The position numbers were made by a program, and so were the translations under genes. From Thelocarpon superellum (lineage: Eukaryota), in contig JAPEUG010000086.1 in the NCBI GenBank assembly GCA_026025795.1, positions 1-51,714 of the forward strand: a stretch of DNA of 51,714 nucleotides, read 5' to 3'. Each line of letters begins with the position of its first letter. The stretch's first letter is position 1. Positions 33,611-46,718 of this stretch are shown here, one piece after another. Below the pieces are notes generated by a model, which was given only the letters and a program-made list of their open reading frames with translations, was not told where the DNA came from and did no database searches.

Positions 33611-34012
33611 CCTCCCGTTACGAAACTCTATGTCGCTCCCGGACTCTAAGCGCCTTCTGCACGCCATCGCCATTATTGCCCTGGTCGCTCGCCCTGCCTA
33701 CCACCCTACCATACTAGTCGTCACCTGATACGATGAGATGACTCAGACTTTGGGACCTGCCGTCAGTCGCTTCCGTCATCCGGCGAAATCGTTTGTCGTC
33801 CAAGAAGACCCCGCAAACCCCCAGTGGTCGTTGGACATGACGAGTGGAACCTATCCCTGGGCTCCAGCGGGGAGTATCCGTGTGGCGGAAGCTGGGCTGT
33901 TGCTCAACTCATGATGCCATGCTCTTTGGTCCAAGTTATGCCATGATCACGTCTCATTCGGCACATTCTGCCAATTCGCGTCTGCAGCTGCTCCGCATCT
34001 CATCCGCGCGAG

Positions 34013-35251
34013 ATGATTGAGCTGGGTTTGGCTCGGATTGGCCGCTTGCTGCGGCACTCTTCGCTGCCGTGGCGAGCCATCCACGTTGCAGGTACTAATG
34101 GCAAGGGTACCGTGTGTGCCTATGCCTCGACAATGCTACGTGCGGCTGGAGTACGAGCCGGTCGCTTTACCTCCCCCCACCTAGTGGATCGGTGGGACTG
34201 CATCACTATCGATGATCGGCCCGTGGACGAGTTCACCTTCCGCGAAGTCGAAGAGCAAGTCATGCAAAGAAACCGGGCGGACGATATCGGCGCGTCGGAA
34301 TTCGAACTACTCACCGCCACTGCCTTCGAGGTCTTCGGCCGGGAAAAGGTCGAGATCGCCGTGGTGGAGGTGGGCATGGGCGGTCGATCAGACGCCACCA
34401 ACATTCTGATGAACCCCCTGGTGACTGTGGTGACGAAGATTGGGCTGGACCACCAGCTTTTCCTAGGCAAGACGTTGGAGGCCATCGCGGCGGAGAAAGG
34501 TGGCATTATGAAAGTAGGCGTGCCGTGCGTGGTGGACGCGACGAACCCGCCCTCGGTGCTGAGCACTTTCGAGGCTTTGGCGGCGAAGACGTCGGCCGGG
34601 CCTATCCTCCGACGACCCAGCGCGGAGAGCGATGAGATGCTGACGGCGTTTCCGCCCGGTATTCTTCTTCCACATCAGCGCGTGAATCTGAGCTGTGCCC
34701 TCACCGCAGTGCAGGTGGCTTTGGATCGCTTCGCTCGGCCGGTGGATCTCTCTCTCCTGGTCCAAGCCGCGCGAAAGGTGGACTTGCCTGGTCGGCTGCA
34801 GATGCTCTCGCTCGAGCGGATAACGGGTCGTACCGAGGACGTCCTTCTCGACGGCGCACACAATCCCCAAGCCGCAGAAGTGCTGCACTCATTCGTCGCC
34901 AGCCGCATCCGCAGGACTGGAAGGCCTGTGACCTGGGTCCTAGCAGCCGCACAAGGGAAGGATCTGGGGTCTCTTTTTGAAAAGCTGGTCCAGCCCGGTG
35001 ATCATGTCGTGGCGGTGGAATTTGGCTTGGTGGATGGTATGCCGTGGGTCCTTCCCACCCCGGGTCAGGCCATTCTCGACGCCCTTCCTCGCTCAACTGA
35101 CGTAACGGCACAACGTCGTGATGCTGGCGAGGATGTGCGGGGGGCACTGCAGTCCGCGAGTGATGTCTCAGCCGGTGGAGCCTTGGTCATCGCAGGGAGT
35201 CTCTATCTGGTGTCCGAGGTGCTACGTCTTGTACGAGCGCAAGCGTCATAG
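34013..35251 (+). CDS. FOL3: Dihydrofolate synthase / FolC-family ligase
   Basis: MIELGLARI, HVAGTNGKG, FTSPHL, EVGMGGRSDATN, LLDGAHN, GSLYLV; intronless. Confidence 0.9.
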   Translation: MIELGLARIGRLLRHSSLPWRAIHVAGTNGKGTVCAYASTMLRAAGVRAGRFTSPHLVDRWDCITIDDRPVDEFTFREVEEQVMQRNRADDIGASEFELLTATAFEVFGREKVEIAVVEVGMGGRSDATNILMNPLVTVVTKIGLDHQLFLGKTLEAIAAEKGGIMKVGVPCVVDATNPPSVLSTFEALAAKTSAGPILRRPSAESDEMLTAFPPGILLPHQRVNLSCALTAVQVALDRFARPVDLSLLVQAARKVDLPGRLQMLSLERITGRTEDVLLDGAHNPQAAEVLHSFVASRIRRTGRPVTWVLAAAQGKDLGSLFEKLVQPGDHVVAVEFGLVDGMPWVLPTPGQAILDALPRSTDVTAQRRDAGEDVRGALQSASDVSAGGALVIAGSLYLVSEVLRLVRAQAS

Positions 35252-35869
35252 CACTGTGGTGTCCGCTGGTGATTGATCCTCTCCCATGAAAGCCAAAATC
35301 GCCGTGGTATGCGCGTCAGCTCCCACGGGCGCCGATATTACCCGCGTGCACCAATCGATTCCCCTCAACTCTCTTCAATGCACCACCAGGGGATCTACGA
35401 ATAGCAGCTGCCGGCCCGGTGTGCCAGAGAAGGCTGAGATCAGACAGTTTTGGCCCCCACATTGGTTTTCGGCCCGCCGACGAAAATCGGTTACTGGCGT
35501 TGGGGGACTTCCTGGCGTCAAGGCGAAGTGTCGCAGCGTTTAGATCATAACATCCCGTACTTCTCCGAATCGACCTTATCACGAAGGCTGCCTCGCTGGA
35601 ATGATTGGCGTAGGGACGATAGCAATCGGCGTCTGGGGCAGAGTATCAGCGCTAGGCCTGGCGCTAGCTCTGGACCCGGCTCCTCAGCCGCCTCTGACGT
35701 ACTGTCCAAGGTGAGGACGTTGCGGAATAGACGGACTAGGTAGGCCTCCCATTCGACCTACAGATGGTATATATTCCTTGGCAGGGTCTCCTGATGCCGA
35801 AGTCAACTCTTTCGATCCCGGAGCCGTCATTCGATTCCTCCACATCATTTTTTCTCACCCTCGTCGACC

Positions 35870-36359
35870 ATGGCTGACCATGTTCCCGTTGTTCTGTGCG
35901 GGGGACAAGCTATGATTGCCGCCAAGGTCAAGGCCGGTCTCGAGCCTGAATACGAAGGTTTGAGGCGGTCCTCTCTGCGTCGAAGATACGCCGGACTGAT
36001 CCCTCACGATAGTCATCCACGTGATCCTCTCCACCGCAGGGGGAGTGGCCGAGATCCCGGCACTTCTGAAAGGCGAGACGCCTTCTTCGGGCGTGGTGGA
36101 CAACGTTGGAAGCAAAAACTACGCCATGGCGCCCGCCGCCGTGATCATCGGTGGCGGATACAAAGACGCCGACGTTGCCGAGATGCAGGAGGCCTGTAAG
36201 GGCTATGACCAGGTCCCTTGGCTCCGACTGGATATGAGCATCCCGACACCACCGCTGGGGCCTTTGTACGGCGAGGCCATGGTAAAGCGAGTGAAGATCT
36301 GTCTGCAAGGATTGGTCGCGGATGGTACAGTGAAGGGGGAAGGGGTGTACTTCTATTGA
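35870..36359 (+). CDS. Small hypothetical alpha/beta protein (~144 aa)
   Basis: Spliced VVLCGGQAMIAAKVKAGLEPEYEVIHVILS...AVIIGGGY...TPPLGPLYGEAMVKRVK. Intron 35958-36012 (GTTTGA...ACTGAT...TAG). Confidence 0.8.
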
Positions 36360-37716
36360 GAGATGGATTCGGCACAGCAGGCCACATCTGGACCCATGCG
36401 GATCATGTCACGACGGTGGTCGGATTCACAGAATCGGACGTGAAGTTGCAGATACAGACGTAGAATAAAAGTTGGCAATTCTCTCCGTCTGTAGAGATCT
36501 CACGTAAGTCAGCACCCTGAACGCGAATGGGAAGTGACGCAAAATGCCCCTCGGACCCGGAAAAGCCCGCCAAGCCGCCACGGGCTTCGCCGTGCCCCTC
36601 CTACAGAGAGCTTCATCTGCGGAGCGGCGTCGAAAGACCCAACCATCGATGCCCTTGCATTTGACGACAAGATGAACGTAGGGACCACCTCAACATCCGA
36701 AAGTATGCCGCTGCATCATAAGGTACCCGCAAGCTTCCCACATGTGACAATGTGATAATGTACGAAGAGCTCTGTGTTGACTTCTCGCTATCATCAGCAG
36801 CAGAGTATCACCCATCGAAATGGCTCCCAGCCTTCGCAGGCAGAGTTCGGTTTCCTTCGAAAGTCGGCCCTACGAAAGGTCACGGCCGGGCCAACCGTCT
36901 TCCTATCCGCGGCTCCGGTGTCCAAAGCAGGAGTGGCTCATGGTCATCGCACCTTCCCCCTCCCAAACTCACCCTCAATAAGAGCGTCCGTACACGTTGA
37001 CTCGCGCTGAGCGCCTCTGCTGTCTTCTTCCAGTAAAAGAGGACTGTTCGGTAACGAGCTCCCACGGCATCCCACCGTGCTTTGTGATTTCACACCAGTG
37101 CCAGTCACAATTACATTCCAGCTTGTCGTAGCAAGACTCGAGTACGAGTAGATTACCTCGGTGGGGAAGAAGGGCGGTCGGCAACATGCAACGCCCAATC
37201 CATCGGAAATATATTGCACATTCCAGACCGACGATCCACTCAAACGGTCGGTCTACATTTGTAAGAGCCTCACCGGACGAGCCAAAGAAATGCTCTCTCG
37301 TGCTGGCATGGGCGTGACTGAGGGAAGAATGATCGACGGACGCTTTGATCTCTGCGCCGAGCATGGATGACCTCGAACTCTAACCCCGGATGATGGACCT
37401 TCGCTTGGTCGTTTCAGCTCCCTCTCGATGAAAGTGCATCATATCAAGATTGAAGTCCCGCCCAGATTGCCATCGAGTCCGTGCACTTGGCCGCAACAAA
37501 AACGCGTGCCCCTCCTTCCATGCTACACATCCCACTCTTGCCCAGATCCTCTATCCTCAACCATGATCTGGACCTCTTTGCCCATCCTGTGGCATGAGGG
37601 AGAATACCTCGTTACTCCCTAGGGCACCCGCACCTCCCGGCATACCATGCAGCCCTCGACGCGGGCCAGTGCCTCTCATCGCCGGATTTTGACCTCCGCA
37701 CCGTGATCTCCCCACC

Positions 37717-40700
37717 ATGCCTACCTTCGATCCCCACATCCCCGACCGGACCACCAATGGCCGCTCCCCTCCGACCGAATCGCCCGGTGGGCCACGCCAG
37801 GAGCGGGCCACGCCCAAGCAGGCTAAGAAGCCAGGAGCTGCTCAGACTACGGCGCGAGATGTGGCCGGGTTGAAAGACTACGTACGTGCCACGGATGTGA
37901 GACCGCATAAGGCGTGGGTGCGAGCTGACCGGGCCGTGGACAGCAACTGGGCGACTGTCTCGGCAAGGGTGCGTTCGGATCCGTGTACCGCGCACTGAAC
38001 TGGGGTACCGGCGAGACCGTGGCGGTCAAGCAGGTCAAGCTAGATGACCTGCCCCCGAGCGAGCTGCGGGTGATCATGGTACGTCTCGGAGACACGGAGC
38101 GGACGTGACAGCTGGCCCACAGGCTAATGACGGCGGCGAGGCACGTAGCTGGAGATCGACTTGCTCAAGAACCTTAATGTGAGACAGCGGGATCCAGCTC
38201 GGGTGCCCAGAAGCATTGCAACTGACCCTCGCTGAACAGCACCCCAATATCGTCACGTACCATGGCTTTGTGAAGACCTCGGAGTCGCTGTACATCATCC
38301 TGGAGTCGGCATTCCTCTGTACCCCCCGCTCCGTGCTCGACTGACCAAGCGCCACAGGTATTGCGAGAATGGCTCTCTCCACTCCATCTGCAAGAACTTT
38401 GGAAAGTTCCCAGAGAATCTGGTGGGTCTTTACATGTCGCAGGTGCTGCATGGTTTGTTGTACCTGCACGAGCAGGGTGTCATCCATCGTGACATCAAGG
38501 GCGCCAATATCCTCACCACCAAGGAAGGCTTGGTGAAGCTGGCCGACTTCGGCGTCGCCACGCGCACCACCGCTCTCCATGAATCCAGCGTCGTCGGCAC
38601 GCCCTACTGGATGGCTCCCGAGGTCATCGAGCTGTCGGGGGCCACGACGGCCTCCGATATCTGGAGCGTAGGATGCACCGTCATTGAGCTGCTCGAGGGC
38701 AAGCCGCCGTACCACAAGTTGCAACCCATGCCCGCGCTCTTTCGCATCGTCAACGACGACCATCCGCCTTTCTCCGACGGCGCTTCTCCCGTAAGTACTA
38801 TGGTCTCGGATTGATCCCCGAGCGAGGCTGACGAGGTGACGTGGCCAGGCCGTGCGAGATTTCCTCATGCAATGCTTCCAAAAGGATCCCAACTTGCGAG
38901 TCTCCGCAAGGAAGCTGCTCAAGCATCCGTGGATCGTGAACGCCCGCCGGTCCGACTCCGTCGTACCCACCCAGCCCACCAAGTACGACGAAGCGGTCAA
39001 GAGCGTGCAGCAGTGGAACGAGGCATTGAAGTCGCCCAATGCCTCCTCCACCCGCCGCGTCTCCCGACCAACTTCCTCAAGCCCCAACCCCGACCGACGG
39101 GAGGGCCTGAATCCCTTGATCACCCCGGCCAAAGGCCCATTGGCCTTGGCTCAGCCACGCACCAGTGCCGAGGCGTTCCGGTCGCCCGAAGGAGCGGGTA
39201 GGTGATCGTCATTCATCATCTGGGACGAAGGTTGACCCAAGTAGAAGATGATAATTGGGACGATGACTTTGTATCTGCCATCTCGCCGAGCGCACTTCAC
39301 CTGCCACAGCTTCGAGCGCATGACAACTTCGGTGGCGCATTATCCGCGGATAAGCTCAAGGCCTATGCTTCCTTCGAGGCCGTTACCGAGAGCGAAAAGT
39401 GGGAGAACGACTTTGAGGGCGATTTGACGGTCAAGAGTCCGCTTCAGTTGACGCAGACGGACCCTTTACAGACCATCCGCCCCTACTCCGCCACACCGTC
39501 GAAGGCTAGGGAGGTCCGGCTGCCCGCTCCCACGCCGTCGCCTGAACGGAAACCTGCGGAGAACACCAAGCATCGGACGACCTCCCCCTCCAAGCCGCCG
39601 ACCTTCCAGCAACAGCTCGGCCTGCCTGCCCGTCCCGCTGTACTCTATCGGGAAGCTTCCGTGGAGGACTTTTCTGATCTTCTTGCGTCCGATGATAGCC
39701 ATTTTGAAAGCAAAGTCGCTGCTCTAACGGTAAGCGCATCGCTAGTCTTGTCGTGCCAATCTGACCACGACGCTCAGACGGAGACGTCCCTGTCGCCCCG
39801 ACTGTTTCATCCGTCCGATCTGAAAAGCTTGAATCGCTCGGTTGCGCCGTCAACTCCGAATGGGATCGATCGCAGGTCCACCTTGACTCCGGTCGAGACC
39901 GACGAATCGTCCATTCGCCGGACCCGATCGTCGGTGGAGATCCAACGATACGCCGAAAACGACGATGAAGACTTCTCGGATATCTTCGGGAAAGAAGAGA
40001 TGGGGCTGGAGAGAGCCGAGAGCGATAGCGAGTCGGAGCGTGGGACGCTCATGCTCAACTCGAAGCTGTCCAACAATTCTTGGGTGAGCTAGATGACTCG
40101 TTGTGATCTGCTACGCTGACTCGAGGTAGCTGGGTGACGAGGATGATGAGGACGACCCGTTTGCTCAGCTCGAGGAGGGATTTGATGAGACAGGTACGTG
40201 TGTATTGGGGAGAGTCGACTACGATTCTAACAGTCTATTCAGATCTGCAGGCAAACATTGCGCGCGACAAATATGCCAGGCTCTGCACTCAAGTCGAGCT
40301 TTTGGTCAGCTCACTCAAGATCTCTCAGTCGGACGACATGCTGGCGGATATGTCGGAGCAGCTGGTTCGTCCCCCGCCCTCTCCTACGCGAATGCTCGCT
40401 GATTAGGAAAGATGGACGTGCTGTCGGAATCGCCCGATACCAAGTCCGTCATCATCAGCGCGCATGGAATGCTGCCGATTCTTGAGATCCTCGAGACATG
40501 CAGTCGTCGAGATGTCATCCTCCGACTCCTCAAAGTCGTCAATGCGGTAAGTTCCTTTGTCCCTCTGGCAACACCATCTAACCAAGTAGATCATGTTCAA
40601 CAACGTCGAGATCCAGGAGAATCTCTGTTTCGTCGGCGGTATCCCCATCATCACCAAATTTGCCTCCAAACGATACTCGAGCGAGATTCGACTGGAAGCG

Positions 40701-42549
40701 GCGGCATTCGTGCGACAGATGTATCAGACGTCTACCTTGACCTTGCAGATGTTCGTCAGCTGTGGTGGGTTGAATGTGCTGGTCGAATTCCTCGAGGAAG
40801 ACTACGAAGCGGAACGCGACTTGGTGCTGATTGGGGTGAATGGAGTTTGGAGCGTGTTTGAATTGCAGGTGGGTGAGGCTCCCGAGCGGCCCAGCATGCG
40901 CTAAGTGAGGTAGGGCCCGACCCCGAAGAATGACTTTTGTCGCATCTTCTCGCGAAGTGCCGTCCTCTATCCCCTGTCGCTGGTATTGAACCGAGTGCTG
41001 GATGAGGAGGGTGAGCTGGCGGAACTGTGCGAAGGGCGCATCGTCAACATCTTTTACCTCTTCTCCCAGGCCGAGAACCATGTCAAGGAGATGGTGGCAG
41101 ATCGGAGGGTGTTGAAGCGTGGGTGTCACCTCTCCGCCATCTTCCCTGTCAAGCCTCTCCTCGTCTGACTAGGTGCAGGTGTCCTCAAAGATCTCAAACG
41201 CATGTCGCCCACACACCAGGTGACGATGCTGAAATTCATCAAGAATCTGTCCATGTTATCGACGACGTTGGATTCACTGCAGAACTCCAACGCCATCGAC
41301 GTCCTGACGGACCTGCTGAGTTCCAGCATGAAAGAGCCTCATTTCCGCGAGATTTCGAACCAGGTGCTGAATACGATGTACAACCTGTGTCGTCTCAGCA
41401 AGAAACGACAGGAAGATGCGGCTCTGAATGGCATCGTACCGCTGCTTCTCCGCATCGTCAAGACGGAGCGACCGTTAAAGGAGTTTGCGCTTCCGATCCT
41501 CTGCGATATGGCCCATTCCGGCAAGATTGGGCGGAAGATTCTTTGGCAGAACAAGGGCTTGTCCTTTTACGTGTCGCTGCTCTCGGATCCGTACTGGCAG
41601 GTGACTGCCCTAGACGCGATCTTCGTCTGGTGAGTTGAGGTCAGACGATGCGCGAACGCAACTGACGAGGAACAGGCTGCAAGAGGAGACGGCCAAGGTG
41701 GAGGAGCATCTCCTGGGCGGTGGCTTCACCGAGGCGATTGTAAGGTGCTTCACAACGTCTAAAGCGAACGCGTTTGAGAACCTGCTGGAGCCGTTGCAGA
41801 AGCTCCTCCGTCTGAGCCCACCCGTGGCACATTCGTTAGGACGCCCGGATCTCTTCTCTCGCGTGCTGCAGAAGCTGCGGCATCACAAGGCAGTGATCCG
41901 ATTGAATCTGCTGAGGATCGTCCGCAGCATCCGCGACTCGGGCGAAGACCGAGGCGAGATGATTCGAAGGCACGGATTGTTTGACGCGATTCAGCGACTG
42001 GCGGCACACGATTCCGCCGTGTTGGTGCGCAACATGGCGAGCGAGTTGGTCAAGTCGAGCGTCGACAAGGAGAAGCAAGAACGAGGCAGCGGTCGACGGA
42101 GCATCTTACATCGTCCCAGCTCGACCAGCACCGCCACGTCCACCACCCTCTCGGCACCCGCAACACCACGATATGGTCGATCGACGGCATCGACTGAGGG
42201 ACGCGAGAAGCGCGCGCGCAACGTCAACGGCTTGAGTCGAGGCAACGTTCGATCGCACGCGTCCACCACGTCGACTGCCTCTATCACTTCAAACAGTAGT
42301 GGGAGCAGTGTCGGCAGTGGTCTGGAGAAGAGCCGACTTCCTCGAACTTCCACGGCCCGCCACAAAGACGTTTCGCGTGGTGGACACACCAACAACAGCA
42401 ATCACCACAGGACCCACAGCAAGAAGGTTGAGAATACGACGCCAGTGAATTCTACTTCGCCTCCATCTCCTGCTTCCACCCACTCCACGACCAACACGAA
42501 TGACACCACTGCGTCTTCTTCTGCCCTTCACGCACGCCGACGACGGTAG
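37717..42549 (+). CDS. sepH: SIN/MEN Ser/Thr kinase SepH / Cdc15 / Cdc7
   Basis: [43 protein letters not shown], and an ARM-like C-terminal region ([20 protein letters not shown]). Fourteen short GT-AG introns give a continuous frame; stop TAG 42547-42549. Confidence 0.93.
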
Positions 42550-43056
42550 ATGATTTGGTGGAGATCCAGGGGAAATCTGGTAGAAGACTCGTTCCTACCT
42601 TGGCGCATGCTGGTGCTTCTTCTGGTCCGTCGTGTTTGCTTTTCCCTTCTCATGAGGCGTCGTCCTTGTCAGCCTTGAACGGATGCGATTCGACTCGAGT
42701 AGAGTCGACTTGACTGATTGAAGAATTGACTGGGCCGGGCGGGGTGGAAAATGTGTCACGAGCGAGCGCAAACAGCGAACAGCGAACAGCGAACAGCGGG
42801 CATTTGGTTTTAGTTCTTGATGTTCTCGGCGGCATCATTCTTCATGAATGCAGCCCGGCCGATCAGGCAAACTCGAAGAGGGATGAGTGATGAGCAGGGT
42901 GAAAGCCACTACCGTCTCTGTGTTTGGAATGAGGATTCGTAGGGTTGGGTATTGTAGGGAGGGTAGAGGGCATTCGCATTCAGCGGGAAACGCAAGTGCT
43001 TCTTACATTGACACTGGGGACAGTTGTACAGTTCGACATGCAGACGAGCCATTCAA

Positions 43057-43623
43057 TCAAGATGCATCCTTGTCTCCACCTCCACCACCACCACCACCAC
43101 CACCACCACCGTCATTCCCTCTCCTACTCTTCTCTCGCGCGAGCAATGCGTCATTCACAGCACCGCGCCTACTTGTAGTACCTTGATCCGTAGTAGGAAG
43201 AGGAGAAGAAGAAGGAGGAGGAGGAGGAGGAGGAGGATCCAAGATACCATGACGTCGTAGACTCTCATTACGCCATGAGATCTGTCCGCCATCTGCGTCG
43301 CGATGACGCGCTGCGTTTGCTTTGGCTGCTGAGATCGAGGTGCGCGAGTACCTGCGCACGCCATGCATTTAGATTACCCATGACTAGATGAGACGACAAA
43401 AGAGAAGAGGTGAAGGTAGGGGAGCATTACACGAATAACAAACATGCCATTGTAAAGGCCGCGATTGGCGCCGTGACTGTCTGGTGGTTGGTATCATTGG
43501 CGTCAGCTGAGTTGCCTCATACATGTGTACCCACGGCATGTGTGATGCTTGAAGTAGGGAATGTGCACGGGAGAGAGAGAAGTCGCTCACCCGATGATTG
43601 AAATGAACAGACCTCTTAGCCAT
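43057..43623 (-). CDS. Three-exon small protein (~125 aa) with one hydrophobic helix
   Basis: Exons 43623-43591, 43480-43431, 43351-43057; introns GTGAGC...CAG and GTAATG...CAG. Product MAKRSVHFNHRTVTAPIAAFTMACLLFVYSRTSISAAKANAARHRDADGGQISWRNESLRRHGILDPPP... Confidence 0.78.
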
Positions 43624-44024
43624 CGGTTCAGCCTTCTCTTCCTCTTGGTGCGCTTCTGACAGAGCGTCCGAAGATCTCCTCCCTCGGCCCTACTACGCTT
43701 GGGTGGTGATGGATCTAGGAAGATCTCGTCCAGCGCTCGAGAGGTGAGGGGATCATGCGTAGATGCTGGTGGGTGACTGGGGTTGGTCTGCTGCGCGGAT
43801 TGGATCGAGGGGCTGGAAAGATGGTTGCAGTCGGAGTCTTCGAGGGCAGTGCAGTGCAGCGCGGTGGATCGTGGCCGCATCGTCATGTCCCTCGTCGCTT
43901 CATTTCTCGGTTCCATCGTGACTGCTCCACCCCGCCACCTACAGCAAAATGTCTACCAACTTCCACCGCACGATCAACTCATTCATGTAACGCAAAACGC
44001 AGGGTACCGCTATGCTACTCTACT

Positions 44025-46011
44025 CTACGACGACGACAACGGATGGGCCCAAAACATCCGGAGAGACAGAAAATACTCATACAGCGACAACTTGACTTCC
44101 ACCCTGACGTACGAAACCCAGGCGCCAAAGAACCGAAGCAGGTTCCCCGGCCTGAAGACACTTCCATGCCGACTGATGATTTCCATCTCCTCCTGAAAGA
44201 CCGTTCGCGTGCAATATCGAGCGAGGATCAGAAATGTCCGGTCTGGTCCGTGGCGCGTGTGCAGGTTCTCGTCCAGACTGCGAGCTGCGTTCCTCGTTAG
44301 CTAAGCGACTGGAAGAGAGCCTCGCGATGGCTTCCCTACTCAGATCGTTGGTTTTGAGAATCAACAAGATGATCCCTGGACATGTCAGACAGATGTGAAC
44401 ATCGTCTCTTCACATGTGTTCCCGCACTCACTCGGCACTTTCCCCAGCAATTGGACAAGTTGCTGCAACATTCCTTCTCCGCCCATGGCTGCCGAGATGT
44501 CGTCCTTCTCTTGATCCGACCTTGGAGTCGATACCGACTTCGTCAGAACGCGATAATCTCGTCCGGTGATGGCACTGGCGAAGAGAGGAAACTGTCTTCA
44601 TCAACTTCCTCCGCGGAAAGGCGCTAGGGGGCATCGTCCCCACCTGATCATCGGTGATGCCTGCAACCTCATGTGCATATCTTCGCATCCGTGGCTCATC
44701 GGCGTCAATGACCGCCAGCCAGAGTTTGGCGTAGGACCGTCGAAGATCCATGGGGATATCCCGGTAGAGGCCATGATCGTAGAGGATGACGTCAAAGTTT
44801 GGTCTCCGTCGCTGAGGATGTTTACGGATGGCGAGGTTGCCGCCATGAGGGTCACAGTGTAATGGAGCATTCTCCCCAAAGATCATCTCATCAAAGATGC
44901 GAGACAGAGCGGCCGATACCTCGTCTCGGTCGATGCCGTTGGCGTCCAGATAGCCAATGTCGTCCGGCCGATGTCCGACCAGATACTCCATCACCAGGAT
45001 CCGTTTCTGTGCCCAGATGACTGTCGCCGTTTAGCCTCATCGCCAGGAAGAGTATCATCCGCAGTCCCTCACCGTCGGGGATCACCAGAGTTGGCTCGTC
45101 GACATGCGAAAAGTACTCCTTTGCCCGAAGCGCGTTCTGCCCCTCCTGGGCAAAATCTAGCTCCTGCGGCAGTGACGACTCCATCTCCGCTGCGAGCCAC
45201 TCGAGGTCGTATTCGGGAAAAAAGCTCTTCAACGTGGAAAAGCAGAAGCGGGTCAAGGCGAGGTCCAGCGGCACCCATTCCTGCAGGGCCGGATGCTGTA
45301 CCTTGACCGCCACCTCCTGTCCCGTCTCCCGCCAGGTCGCCCGGTGCACCTGCGCCAATGACGCCGCCCCCAGCGGTGCCTCGTCGAAGCGCACAAAGAG
45401 GTCCGACAGGGGCCGACCCGTGTCCTTCTCGAACATGGCCTTGATCGAGTCAAAGGGTGAGACGGGACATTTGTCCTGCAGGGGCACAAAGGTCGAGGTC
45501 CACTCGAGGGGCAGGAGATAAGTCATGCTGCTGAGATGTTGGCCCAGCTTGATGAAGATCGATCCATTCTGCTCCAGCACCACCAAGGTCCGATCGGCAC
45601 ATCGTTGATGACATTGTTTGAGCGCCGTCGACCTCGCCTGCTCGTCGGGATATGCGTGCTTCAGGGTGACGCGGTAGCTACGAGTTCAGTCGGCGGGGGC
45701 TTCACCCTTCACTCTCACGCGCCAGCTTACTCGTTGATGCAGATTGCCAGCGCGGTCATGACCCGCCCCGTCCGCTGTGCCGCCCGATAGCCATGGCGGA
45801 TGGGGTCCTCAAATGCAAACAGTCCCAACCCTAGCGCAGTCCCCGTCGCTGCTGACAGAGCCAACGCTCGATGTCCTCGTCGGCGTCCGGTGGCCCTTGG
45901 CGCCGAGGTCTGAAGGAGGCGGCCGCGTGGTTGCCGGTGGCTTTGCCTGTGCACGCAAGTCGACCAGATCCGAGGTGGGAGGCCACGAGAGAATGGATGA
46001 CTGGGCCGCAT
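44025..46011 (-). CDS. ABC1/UbiB-family atypical kinase (ADCK1/Mcp2-like), probably mitochondrial
   Basis: FIKLGQH, AASLAQVH, VAVKVQHP, ELDF, HCDPHGGN, YDHGL, LILKTNDL. Introns 45678-45730, 45021-45072, 44592-44643, 44376-44431, 44285-44339; stop TAG 44025-44027. Confidence 0.9.
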
Positions 46012-46718
46012 CTTGCATCAGGATCGGCGGTGCAATCCGGTCTCGCTCTACCGCACCACTGGCTCGTGGCCATATCGCAAGACCTCCATCTTTCTGCGCG
46101 AAGGGGGAGTATCGAAAAGATCCAAGTGACAAGTGACGACATGTTCTGCGTCGGACGTCGCGTCGGACACAGTTCGGTACTTCCCGCCAGCAGATCGGCC
46201 GCTCTCCCGTCCTCCATAAGCCGACCACAGGGACGATTCACACCTCTCACACCCATCGTCTATCCCTCCCCATGTCGCGGGTACACAGATCTACAGGGTC
46301 CCATGCCACTTCGGGCCATGCATCCTTCACCTATGTACACGTCTCACTCCCTGCCGATGCAGGTTCAAAGGAATCCCGGGGGTCCGGGAAGTGCACACGC
46401 GTGGATCATAGTGTGCAAAAGATTAGACGAGTCTGGTCGAGGCGCCGTCATGGGCGAAATCCTACCCATCCCACACCCATCACGCTCCGTGCGCCTGGAT
46501 GCTCCGTGTTGAATGCACCGCCCGATTCTCTTGCAGAAAGCACGTGCGCCCACGTCCGAACCAAAGTCGCTGGACTGCGCACATTCCCGACGCGCACAGG
46601 CGGGATCACGCACATGCCCGGCCCCTTGTAGTCGTGCACGCCGATCCTGCGACGCCGAAGAGCTGGAGAAGAGGAAAGGAGAAGACGATGGTCAGGCACA
46701 AGGACTCGCCCCGGATCT

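Noticed and set aside
5553..36359. Stop-codon readthrough generating cryptic PTS1 signals
   Set aside because: The stops I checked (ECT1, PPCDC, GRX5, YFH7-like, reductase, FOL3, DUF1761-like, the 35870 gene) lack the TGA-CTA context, and I saw no SKL-like extension.
38074..39132. 352-aa antisense ORF over the sepH kinase domain (also 98-820, 27522-28001, 32520-33410 and others)
   Set aside because: Shadow ORFs caused by high GC3 on the opposite strand; no independent motifs.
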